Origin: an uncultured Desulfobacter sp.
GTDB taxonomy: Bacteria; Desulfobacterota; Desulfobacteria; Desulfobacterales; Desulfobacteraceae
Assembly: GCA_963665095.1 (NCBI GenBank)
Contig: OY762069.1
Coordinates: forward strand, 2,560,001 to 2,624,000
Direction of reading: 5' to 3'
Length of the DNA: 64,000 nt
The translations under genes were made by a program, and so were the position numbers. The first letter of the stretch is position 1. Every line of letters begins with the position of its first letter. The notes below the pieces were generated by a model. That model saw only the letters and a list, made by a program, of their open reading frames with translations. It was not told the DNA's origin and searched no databases. This document shows, piece after piece, positions 9,448 through 18,716 of this stretch.

Positions 9448-10401
9448 ATGGACTGGTCTATTTCAAAAGCAAAGCTGTTTCAATCATGTCAGCGCAAATG
9501 GTACTTCACAAACATTGCCAGATGGAATGCCAAGAAAAAGCCTATCAAACGGGAGGCTTATCTTCTAAAAAGCCTCCAGTCTATTCAAGCTTGGAGAGGG
9601 TCTCTTGTAGATATGGTCATAGAAAAGAGGATACTTCTCCCTATATATTTCGGAAATCCAATACCTAATGAAGATTCAGTGATATCATATGCATTATCGT
9701 TAGCAGATAAGCAGCTAAATTTCGGTATAAATAAACGGCATCTCGAAAAGGGAATGACAAAAAGCAAAGCAGGAGAAGAATTCGCAGCCTTTTTTGATGT
9801 CGAGTACAATGGGGGACTTGATCCTGATAAGATTGAACATGCAAAACAGGAAATAAAGACAGCGATCCAGAATTTCTACAAATTACCTATACTTCCAGAA
9901 CTCACCGACCCTAATACAAAATTGATAATTCAACGTAGCCTAAAGTTCCCCTATAACGGATTCAATGTAACAGCCATACCCGATCTCATAATCTTTAAAG
10001 AAGGCAAGCCTCCTCATATAATCGATTGGAAAGTACACGAAGGAAGATATACAGATTACTGGCAGCAGTTGACTGTTTATGCCTATGTTCTAAACCAAGT
10101 TGCTAATCTTAAGGCGCATAAGGATTTTCCACGATCATTTGTATCTGACATTCCAGACCCTCAGACTTATTCAATTACAGAATATCAGTTGCTGAAAGGA
10201 ATCTCTAAGCCTTATACGATATCACAAGAGGATATCAATCATGTAGAAGATTTGATCCACATTACAGGCGAATGGATGCAGGAATATTCCGAAGAAATAG
10301 AGACTCTTTCTCCAAAAGATTTCCAGACCACTCTTTTCCCTGCTTCATGCGTTGCCTGTAGTTTTAAAAAGCTCTGTCAGGAGGTTGAAAACAATGAATA
10401 G
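9448..10401 (+). CDS. Cas4-like PD-(D/E)XK nuclease with Fe-S cysteines, Argonaute-associated
   Basis: WSISKAKLFQSCQRKWYF, IPDLII...IIDWK, QLTVYA, C-terminal CVACSFKKLC; stop overlaps the pAgo start. Confidence 0.85.
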   Translation: MDWSISKAKLFQSCQRKWYFTNIARWNAKKKPIKREAYLLKSLQSIQAWRGSLVDMVIEKRILLPIYFGNPIPNEDSVISYALSLADKQLNFGINKRHLEKGMTKSKAGEEFAAFFDVEYNGGLDPDKIEHAKQEIKTAIQNFYKLPILPELTDPNTKLIIQRSLKFPYNGFNVTAIPDLIIFKEGKPPHIIDWKVHEGRYTDYWQQLTVYAYVLNQVANLKAHKDFPRSFVSDIPDPQTYSITEYQLLKGISKPYTISQEDINHVEDLIHITGEWMQEYSEEIETLSPKDFQTTLFPASCVACSFKKLCQEVENNE

Positions 10402-10966
10402 GAATGAGATCAATGCATTTGAGATTACCAATCTGAAAGAATTATCATGTGACTATGATTTGTACTCGGTGAAAGGTCTATCACGTGACCCGGATAACCC
10501 TTCTGAATATGAAAAAAGGTTTAATAAGCTTATAACCTCAATGTCGTTTAAGACATGGTCGCCATGCGTTCGTCTAGTAAAAGACGGTGTCCACTATATC
10601 GCCCAACCAACAGGTTCTAAAGAGTTGCCGAAAAAATGGGGAGTCATTGGTGGAAGCAATGTAATAATTGAGAAGCTTCCTGAAAGCTTTCACCTTGATT
10701 TTGATAATCTTGATTCAGACACTATCCATCTTGCGATTAGATTCCTGCAAGCCCAGATAATCAGGACACTTGCAACCCATCCAGAACTCTGGCAGCCAAG
10801 CTCTGCTGGTGGCGCAGTATACCTAAGGTGAGAATGATCACAAAAAATCATGGAAAAATTAAAGATAATTTGCAAGATATGCCAGGGATGAGGCAGAAGC
10901 TCCCCCGTTTATCTCGCAAATAATCAATGGAACTTCTGCCCCTATTACCCTAACAGGGCAGGAGAT

Positions 10967-11542
10967 ATGCTATCAGAACTTATTAAAAACAAAAATCTTT
11001 TTTTCCATCTTTACGAAATCGATAAAAATACAGCAAAACAGTACAGACAGTTGCCTTGTCCGCATTGTGGAGGCCCCTTATATTTCAGCAATTACATGCG
11101 CAAGCCCCGGGGAGAGCCTGAGGGCGTGCCGGAGGAATTCTTTATTCAGTTCAGCCTATGTTGTGGAACCGAAGGGTGTCGCAAAAGATTGATGCCGCCG
11201 TCCTGCCGTTTTCTGGGGAGAAAAGTCTACTGGTTTGCAGTTATTCTGTGTGTTTTAACAGACTGGCAAAATACCAATGAAAAAATCACCGTTTATGATT
11301 TGTCCATACGAACTGGCATTAGCCGGAACACAATAAACCGCTGGCTTGCCTTTTTTCAGGATACATTTCCAGTGAGCCGAACCTGGCGAAGGCTTCGGGG
11401 GCAGATATCCGCTGGTGTCAGTAACAGCCGTCTGCCGTCAAGTTTCATCAATTATTGCCGGGCGGTGAAATCCAACGCCGAAAACGCACTTGTATCAAGC
11501 CTGATAATCTTATCAGGCGGGTCCAAAATCAGGGCCGGATAA
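10967..11542 (+). CDS. Transposon accessory protein (Zn-binding plus HTH)
   Basis: CPHCGG, CCGTEGCRKR, GISRNTINRW. Confidence 0.7.
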   Translation: MLSELIKNKNLFFHLYEIDKNTAKQYRQLPCPHCGGPLYFSNYMRKPRGEPEGVPEEFFIQFSLCCGTEGCRKRLMPPSCRFLGRKVYWFAVILCVLTDWQNTNEKITVYDLSIRTGISRNTINRWLAFFQDTFPVSRTWRRLRGQISAGVSNSRLPSSFINYCRAVKSNAENALVSSLIILSGGSKIRAG

Positions 11543-11648
11543 TCTCGCGCAGAGGATGAACATAGACAAATATATGCAGGCTGTTTTACCACCTGATTTC
11601 AGACGTTGATCCGAAATTTTAACCTGAAATTAAAAAGGAGCCTGATTT

Positions 11649-13094
11649 ATGAGTGGTAAAACACAGCACCCGGCAGACCTGTGGGCATTATTTCGCTTTT
11701 CGGTTATCGGCGGTTTACTGGCACGCCCTCCGGCAAAGGGAGAGTTGCAAAATGAACTGACCCGGCTCGCAGGTCAAATCTATTCTCATCCTGTGACGAA
11801 CAAACCGACCTGTTTTCATTTTTCCACAATTGAGGCCTGGTATTACAGGGCAAAAAATTGCCAGGACCCAATTCTGGCTCTGGGCCGTAAAGTTCGTTCA
11901 GATATGGGCAAATCCACAGCATTGAATGCTGAATTGATCCGCCTTCTTGGTGTCCAGTACAACACTTATCCGCAATGGAGCTATCAGCTTCATTGCGACA
12001 ACCTGGCAGCTGAAATCGCTGAACAGGGCCTGTGTGAGAATCCGCCGTCCTATGCAAGTGTGAGAAGGCGTATGGTTGAACGGGGTTGGAGAAAAAAGGC
12101 TTCCAAGAACAAAAATCAAACATCCGGACAGAAATCAGCTTTTAAGCGATTAGAAACGTATGAAGTCCGTAGTTATGAAACCGAAAACATCCATGAATTA
12201 TGGCATCTGGACTTTCACGAATGCAGCAGGCGCGTGGTGGACGAAAAAGGTCAGTGGCATACGCCCAAGGCATTGTGCATTCTTGATGATCGCTCCCGTC
12301 TGTGTTGTCATATTCAATGGTATTTGAATGAAACGGCAGAGGTTTTGATCCACGGCTTGTCCCAGGCGTTTTACAAAAGAGGGCTTCCCAGAGCCTTGAT
12401 GACAGATAATGGTTCTGCCATGATTGCTCATGAAACCGGCAACGGACTTAAACGATTGGGCGTCAGTCATGAGACCACGTTGCCATACTCGCCCTATCAA
12501 AATGGGAAGCAGGAAGCCTTTTGGGGTACACTTGAAGGCCGTTTGATCGCCATGCTGAGCCGGATGGATTCTTTGACCCTGGTATATTTAAATCAGGTCT
12601 CCCAGGCCTGGATCGAGATGGAATACAACAAGTCAACCCATGATGAAATTCATATGTCGCCATTGCAATGCGCCCTTGACGGCAAGGATGTGTCACGTCC
12701 TGCACCGGAACCTGAACAGCTTCAATTTTCGTTTACAGCCTGTGAATCCAGAAAACAGCGTCTGTCCGATGGTACCATCTCTTTGATGGGCATCCGGTTT
12801 GAAATCCCTTCACGGTTTAATCATATCCAGCGTCTTCATGTCTGTTTTTGCTCCTGGGATAAATCGGTTGCCTGGCTGATAGATAAACGAACCGGAAATA
12901 AGCTTGCCGCAATTTATCCCCAGGACAAGACAAAGAATGCTTCAGCAATCCGTCGTATCAAATCCACTCCGGATGAAATTAACCCTGGCCATGAAACCCT
13001 GTCCGGATCAGAACCGGCCCTGCTTAAAAAGCTCTTGTCCGATTATGCAGCAACCGGAATGCCTTGTGCCTACTTGCCAATGGAGGAAAAGTGA
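11649..13094 (+). CDS. DDE (rve/integrase-core) transposase with Mu-like C-terminus
   Basis: LWHLDF, LDDRSR, TDNGSAM, PYSPYQNGKQE. Confidence 0.9.
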   Translation: MSGKTQHPADLWALFRFSVIGGLLARPPAKGELQNELTRLAGQIYSHPVTNKPTCFHFSTIEAWYYRAKNCQDPILALGRKVRSDMGKSTALNAELIRLLGVQYNTYPQWSYQLHCDNLAAEIAEQGLCENPPSYASVRRRMVERGWRKKASKNKNQTSGQKSAFKRLETYEVRSYETENIHELWHLDFHECSRRVVDEKGQWHTPKALCILDDRSRLCCHIQWYLNETAEVLIHGLSQAFYKRGLPRALMTDNGSAMIAHETGNGLKRLGVSHETTLPYSPYQNGKQEAFWGTLEGRLIAMLSRMDSLTLVYLNQVSQAWIEMEYNKSTHDEIHMSPLQCALDGKDVSRPAPEPEQLQFSFTACESRKQRLSDGTISLMGIRFEIPSRFNHIQRLHVCFCSWDKSVAWLIDKRTGNKLAAIYPQDKTKNASAIRRIKSTPDEINPGHETLSGSEPALLKKLLSDYAATGMPCAYLPMEEK

Positions 13095-13918
13095 TGAACA
13101 GCAAACGATTATTGGCTTATTATGGATTGAAGTACAATCCTTTTTTACCAAATATTCCTGTGGACTCATTATGGCATCCACCCCGGATGGAGGCATTTAT
13201 TACACGCCTTGAAAATATGACCATGAACGGTGGATTTGCATTAATCGCCGGTGAACCCGGTCTTGGCAAATCCAAGACACTACAGGCGATTGCCCATCAG
13301 CTTGGCAAGCTTGATGAAGTCGTTGTCGGCGTTATGGAGCGCCCCCAAAGCAGCGTGGCCGATTTCTATCGGGAAATGGGGACACTGTTTGGTGTCAATT
13401 TGAGTCCGGCCAACCGTTACGGAGGGTTCAAAGATCTGCGGCAACGATGGAAAAATCATATTAAAACAACCCTGTTCAGACCCGTCCTGCTCATTGATGA
13501 GGCTCAGGAAATGCTTACCGGATGCCTGAATGAGCTTCGGTTGCTCAACAGTATGGATTTTGACTCCCAGAATTTATTGACCACCATTATCTGTGGTGAT
13601 ACCCGGCTGCCGGAACGGTTCAGAACCAGTGCATTGGTAGCCCTGGGGAGTCGACTCCGGTTCCGGTTAAAATTGGATCCTTATACCCGGGAAGAATTGT
13701 TGGATTATATAGCGCATTGCCTAAATCAGGCCGGAGCTCCTCAACTCATGACAAAACCTTTAATCACCGCTTTGGTAGAGCACTGTACAGGAAACTTACG
13801 GGTCCTCAATAATATGTCGGCAGAACTGCTTGAAGTGGGCGTTCAAAGAGAGCTGCCGCAACTGGATGAGAAACTTTTCATAGAGCTTTTTTCACTGAAA
13901 CCGTCGCCAACCAGATAA
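13094..13918 (+). CDS. ExeA/AAA-family transposition ATPase
   Basis: YGLKYNPF, Walker A GEPGLGKS, Walker B LLIDEAQ, GNLRVLNN; ATG overlaps the transposase stop. Confidence 0.88.
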   Translation: MNSKRLLAYYGLKYNPFLPNIPVDSLWHPPRMEAFITRLENMTMNGGFALIAGEPGLGKSKTLQAIAHQLGKLDEVVVGVMERPQSSVADFYREMGTLFGVNLSPANRYGGFKDLRQRWKNHIKTTLFRPVLLIDEAQEMLTGCLNELRLLNSMDFDSQNLLTTIICGDTRLPERFRTSALVALGSRLRFRLKLDPYTREELLDYIAHCLNQAGAPQLMTKPLITALVEHCTGNLRVLNNMSAELLEVGVQRELPQLDEKLFIELFSLKPSPTR

Positions 13919-13929
13919 GAGGTATAAAA

Positions 13930-14172
13930 ATGACAATCAATGAAACACAACTTGAAAAAACAATGGCTGAAATTGTCGACGAGCTGGGCAATCTGGTCAT
14001 GGAGTTGATCCTTGTCAGTTTAAAAAAAATAAACTCGGAAAATCATCTTTTGACAGAATTGCTGGAGATCAAACAAGAGGAACAAAGAGAAAATGAATTT
14101 TATGGTTTTGGTGAAACGGAGCCGGGACATCCTGGGGAGGAAACCCGGCAAGGGATAGCCAAAAGCAGGTAG
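13930..14172 (+). CDS. Small acidic hypothetical protein in the transposon
   Basis: 80-aa ORF with RBS GAGGT directly after the ATPase. Confidence 0.5.
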   Translation: MTINETQLEKTMAEIVDELGNLVMELILVSLKKINSENHLLTELLEIKQEEQRENEFYGFGETEPGHPGEETRQGIAKSR

Positions 14173-14189
14173 CATTGAATAATGCGCCG

Positions 14190-14221
14190 GGGGAAGCGGG
14201 GTTGACCTGCTTCCCCTTTCT
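14190..14221 (+). terminator. Terminator-like hairpin at the transposon right end
   Basis: GGGGAAGCGGG-gttga-CCTGCTTCCCC followed by TTTCT. Confidence 0.6.
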
Positions 14222-16297
14222 GTATTATTCAAGCTTTCCTGCTCATGCCTTAAAAAACCCAATAAAATCAGTCGGAGCGCAGCGACATCTGCTAATCATT
14301 GAAAATACAGTTATGCCTTTCCCTGATTTATCCTGATTGTCGCTCCATTGATTATCGTGCTTCCTCTCACCTAAGAACGCCGGATAGTGAATTCCGAAAA
14401 TATTCTCGTGATATCGACCTGTTCAGGGGGTTCAGCCTAAGAGTGGCACAATTGCCTTATTACAGCATCGGGATAGTTGTCGACCAAAGCTCAAAATATG
14501 TGAAAAGATTCCCTCTTCCGTCCAAAATAAACCATAATGATTTCAGGAAGCTGAAAGGGAAATCAGCTGTTTATGAGTATGGAAAGCATCTTTATGAAAT
14601 CAAACTGCATGAATTGAGTGACCTAAATGTAAGCGAGACTGATATAAATGGCGTAAGCTTGTATGATGATATCATATCAAAATACAAAGATGTTCCTAAA
14701 TCATCACTAGTTGCAGATCTGAAACCGGAATGTGCAGTCTTGGTATATAGGAATAACCGTGATGAGGCAAGAAACATGCCCTCTGCGATGTGCCGATTAT
14801 CTGTGGACACACGAGAAGTCAAAGATGCTCACATATATTCAATCATGCCGCCATATAAAAAACGCCTTGATATAAACGCTATCGTCAATAGATTCTTTCG
14901 TGGATTAAGCTTCAATTCAGTGAAACTACAGATATCCAGAGATATGCATGTCCCGATATTCCAAGAACTGCCTTTCCCTGTCCTGCAATTCGGCAATAAC
15001 AGAACCCTCGACATAAACCATCTTGCCAGAAGAAAAGACTTCGGAAAACAGAAAGAGACGCTGCTGCTATCACCTGAAGCTGGATTCTATGAAAGGAAAC
15101 CGCTTGGCCAGCAATACCTATTATTACCGAAATCGGTCTATGAGACATGGGGAGACAAATTCATTTCAGACCTGTGTGGCACATTCAATCATATCTATAA
15201 AGAGCAGTATTCACCCAAAATCATTCCATATGATGATTCAAAGAAATCGGTGCCACATCTTTCAAAAAGCATACTTAATGCAATAAATGCGAATGGTGCG
15301 ACATCAGGATACTGCCTGGTAATGATACATAGATTCAAAAAGTCTAATTTGAACAAAGAAGATTATCTGGCTAATACTGTAATAAGAAAATTGGCTGAGA
15401 TGAAGCTTAATGCATCAGTGATACACACATCGGTTTCAGAGGATAGCATCCTTCAAAAGACCGATAATAACGGCAACCGAACTTGGGATGTCATTCATAA
15501 GATGAGAGGCAGGTACAAAGGGTATCTCAAGAATGTTGTAATGAATAAGATTCTCCTATTGAATGATATCCGGCCATTTACCCTGAAAGAAAGATTGAAT
15601 TCTGATGTGGTTATAGGTATCGACAGGAAAAGCAACCATGCTGGGTTTGTTTTCGTAACATCTCACGGCGAAAGCATATATTTTACACCACATAAGACCA
15701 AAAGAAATGAGAAGCTACGTCCTGGACTGATCAAGACAGCCATCTCATCATACCTTAAGGATATATATGCCATTGTTGCATCAAATTTACCAAAGAATAT
15801 CCTCATACATCGAGATGGGGCATTATTTGATGAAGAGATTGCTGCAATAAAGCAGACCATTGATGATCTAAAGATCGAGAATGTAGTGCATAAGGATTGC
15901 CAATGTACATTCGTAGAGATAAGGAAAACCCATATGTTGCCTCTCCGTATCTTTAATGTAAGTCCAAACGACGGATCAAATTCAGAGTACGTTTCAAATC
16001 CAAATATCGGCACTACATTCCTTAATGATAATGACGCCTTTATGACTACAACTGGTAAACCATACCATCTCAATGGCACAAGCAATCCGCTTCTGGTTTC
16101 ATACAAAGGCGGTGGATTATCATTCCAGGATGCCCTTAGCGATACTTTCGCTCTGACGCATCTGACATGGACAAAAATTGATTACTGCTCACGTATTCCC
16201 ATCACAATAAGATTTGGTGATATAGGGCTTCGGGATGTTGCCGGGGAATATGATGAGGATGACATTGAATACGGAATTGAAGAGGGAGGTGCATAAA

Positions 16298-16702
16298 ATG
16301 AGTGACATAGGACTATCAGGAGCACAGTTTGAAATAAACCAAGAAATATTAAGGGCGTTCGATGATGCTGTGGGTAAAATCCAAACACATACTGTATCAA
16401 ACAAGAAATTGATATCAGATGCGTTGTTGAAAATAATGGAACCTATTGCAGAATCTATGCAATTTAAGACAAATACTGTAACCGTGATTGATGAATACAG
16501 TATAATGGAATTCTTAAAGAATAAGGCTGTGTCAAGAGAGGGGAGCAACTGGAATCAATACATCAATGCTTTCCAAAGTATGATAGCACGGATGAAGACA
16601 GACGATATGAATTTCGGCAGTGAAGATATTGAAATCCTGAATGATATTGGTGATGCACTGAATGAAGAATGCAATCGTCATTATCGTAAACTGCGTGGTT
16701 GA
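16298..16702 (+). CDS. Hypothetical helical protein (134 aa) coupled to pAgo
   Basis: ATG 1 nt after the pAgo stop, RBS GGAGGT. Confidence 0.75.
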   Translation: MSDIGLSGAQFEINQEILRAFDDAVGKIQTHTVSNKKLISDALLKIMEPIAESMQFKTNTVTVIDEYSIMEFLKNKAVSREGSNWNQYINAFQSMIARMKTDDMNFGSEDIEILNDIGDALNEECNRHYRKLRG

Positions 16703-16703
16703 T

Positions 16704-17852
16704 ATGAAAGGATACCTTCAGAAACTGATCCAAGAACTGGAAAGACGGGGAGAAAGGCTCAAGGCGTTAATCAGATGCCCAATCGAAATAACAGAGCTGA
16801 ACTCGCTTGCTGTAAAATGCGAGGAGAAAATAGATGTAAGCATAAAGCAGCTTCAAGAGATAGAGACATATCTGAATCTCCCGGATTGTGATGAGCAGAC
16901 AATCAGATTTATCTATCGGCGATATCATGATGAATATAGAAATATCGATCTTATTGAGCGTTATGGCATCAGCTTACTTAAAGTAGATTGCCCGGACCTG
17001 AAATATCACAACAGACTCATTGCACAAATACAGAAGGAATCAAATATCCCATTGACAATTGCATCAGTCGCAAGCTTCTCTACAGATTCCTTTTTCTATG
17101 CACCAAAGACACATGTCATTTTTGTTCCAGCTGCTGAGCATCTTTTTCTTCAGCTCATCCCTATACTATATCACGAGCTTGGGCATTATGTAAGCGGCCA
17201 TGTTAATCATCTGCGTCTTTCAAAGCTGAAAGAAAAAGTAGCTAATTGTCGTATTAGCATAAATCGACATTATTCTGATATACTGAAGCGTGAACTACTC
17301 GAAACACATTCAAAAGAACATCTGAAAATCACATTTGCCATAATGAACAAGTGGAAAGGTTCATGGTTTGAGGAAATTTTCTGTGATGCCTTTGCGACTT
17401 TTTTGGTCGGACCTGCTTATGCATGGTCATGGGTACATATTGTAACCAAGATGAATGACGATGTATTCTATTTCAATGAGAAAGTATATCTTGAACATCC
17501 ATCTCATGAGGCAAGGTTTAGATTCATCATTCGCTGCTTAACAATATCTGGATTTGAAAAAGAAGTTGAAGATCTAAAGAAAGTATGGAACTCCTTGATC
17601 TTCGTTTCAGGAAAGACAGGAAGTCCAGACTATTTCGTCGCATTCCCAGATAAATTATTTGAAGAGATTTCAAACCTGATAAAGACTGGTCTTGAGGAAA
17701 ATAATTTCGAGCTTGCTTCTCCCAAGAAATTTGAAACCACCAATGGAATCTCAAAATCATTAAATGAAGTATGGAAATATTTCTGGAATTCTCCGGATGA
17801 TTTCCTTCAGTTTGAAGAGAAAATTATAAAAGAAATTCTGGATAAATCTTAA
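16704..17852 (+). CDS. HEXXH zinc metallopeptidase-like protein
   Basis: LYHELGH, then WFEEIFCD (third ligand) and HPSHEARF; ATG 1 nt after the previous stop. Confidence 0.75.
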   Translation: MKGYLQKLIQELERRGERLKALIRCPIEITELNSLAVKCEEKIDVSIKQLQEIETYLNLPDCDEQTIRFIYRRYHDEYRNIDLIERYGISLLKVDCPDLKYHNRLIAQIQKESNIPLTIASVASFSTDSFFYAPKTHVIFVPAAEHLFLQLIPILYHELGHYVSGHVNHLRLSKLKEKVANCRISINRHYSDILKRELLETHSKEHLKITFAIMNKWKGSWFEEIFCDAFATFLVGPAYAWSWVHIVTKMNDDVFYFNEKVYLEHPSHEARFRFIIRCLTISGFEKEVEDLKKVWNSLIFVSGKTGSPDYFVAFPDKLFEEISNLIKTGLEENNFELASPKKFETTNGISKSLNEVWKYFWNSPDDFLQFEEKIIKEILDKS

Positions 17853-17861
17853 TGTGATAAA

Positions 17862-18716
17862 ATGGAAACCGCAAAAATCTCAGCGCCAATGATGGGCAAA
17901 AAACTTTACCAAAAGCGTGCCCAATCTGCATTCCCTATTCTTGTCCGACAGGCAGAAGCCGGGAGCCCAATTTTTTATTCTGATCTCGCCGATGAGCTTG
18001 AAATGCCCAATCCTCGGAATCTGAATTATGTTTTGGGCAGTATCGGCCAGACCATGAAAAATTTGTCAAAAAAATGGAAAGTTGAGATACCTCCAATACA
18101 ATGCTTAGTCATCAATAAAAATACTGGCCTGCCTGGTGAGGGCATTGGCTGGTTTTTAACCTCAAAAGATGATTTCCATAAACTATCAAGGGAGCAGAAA
18201 AGGCGTATTGTGGAGGCTGAACTTCAGAAAATATTTTCATTTCCAAGGTGGAACGAGGTTCTTGAAGTTTTGAACTTAACACCTGTCAAATCCGACTATT
18301 CAATAAAATTATCCAGGACATCAAACCTTGGTGGTGGCGGTGGAGAGAGCGACCAGCATAAAAGACTCAAACAATTTATCTCAGAGCATCCTGCTCTTTT
18401 TAATCTCCCCTCCAAATTACAGGGAAACATTGAATACCCTTTGCCCTCAGGGGATGTTGTTGACGTATTTTTTGAAAATTCTGGCGAGTATTTATGCATA
18501 GAAGCAAAATCAGCCATCTCACAAGAGACTGACATTATCCGTGGAATTTTTCAATGCATCAAATATAGAGCTGTAATCAATGCAGTTTTAGTTTCCAAAG
18601 GATTACCTCAAAATGGCCGAGCGATTTTAGCATTAGAGGGGCCTTTCCCCAAAAGTCTCCTGCCGTTGAAAAACATGTTGTCTGTGGAAGTCATAGACAA
18701 TATTAAGCCGCTTTAA
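17862..18716 (+). CDS. Putative PD-(D/E)XK endonuclease with N-terminal DNA-binding domain
   Basis: GESDQHKRLK, EYPLPSGDVVDVFF, IEAKS, RGIFQCIKY. Confidence 0.6.
   Translation: METAKISAPMMGKKLYQKRAQSAFPILVRQAEAGSPIFYSDLADELEMPNPRNLNYVLGSIGQTMKNLSKKWKVEIPPIQCLVINKNTGLPGEGIGWFLTSKDDFHKLSREQKRRIVEAELQKIFSFPRWNEVLEVLNLTPVKSDYSIKLSRTSNLGGGGGESDQHKRLKQFISEHPALFNLPSKLQGNIEYPLPSGDVVDVFFENSGEYLCIEAKSAISQETDIIRGIFQCIKYRAVINAVLVSKGLPQNGRAILALEGPFPKSLLPLKNMLSVEVIDNIKPL

Larger units (their letters stand above)
10828..14370 (+). mobile_element. 3543-bp transposon: small Zn/HTH ORF, DDE transposase and ExeA-type AAA ATPase (Mu/IS21-like organisation)
   Basis: Ends GTGAGA...TCTCAC, 5-bp duplication CTAAG (10823-10827, 14371-14375), ATAATCAATGGA motif near both ends. 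Confidence 0.9.
10394..16296 (+). pseudogene. ago: Long prokaryotic Argonaute with DEDD tetrad, interrupted by a transposon (10394-10822 joined to 14371-16296 gives 784 aa)
   Basis: N/L1 motif FRGFSLRV, PAZ/MID-sized middle, PIWI motifs IGID, NEKL, IHRDG, VEIRK, LTHLTW, RIPITIRFGD; the halves rejoin in frame across the CTAAG duplication. Confidence 0.9.

Noticed and set aside
9448..10401. Cas4 as part of a CRISPR-Cas locus
   Set aside because: No cas1/cas2, effector genes or repeat-spacer array seen anywhere in the window; the gene is coupled to pAgo instead
14299..16296. Stand-alone 665-aa PIWI protein starting at 14299
   Set aside because: The first 24 codons are transposon sequence; it is the 3' half of the interrupted long pAgo
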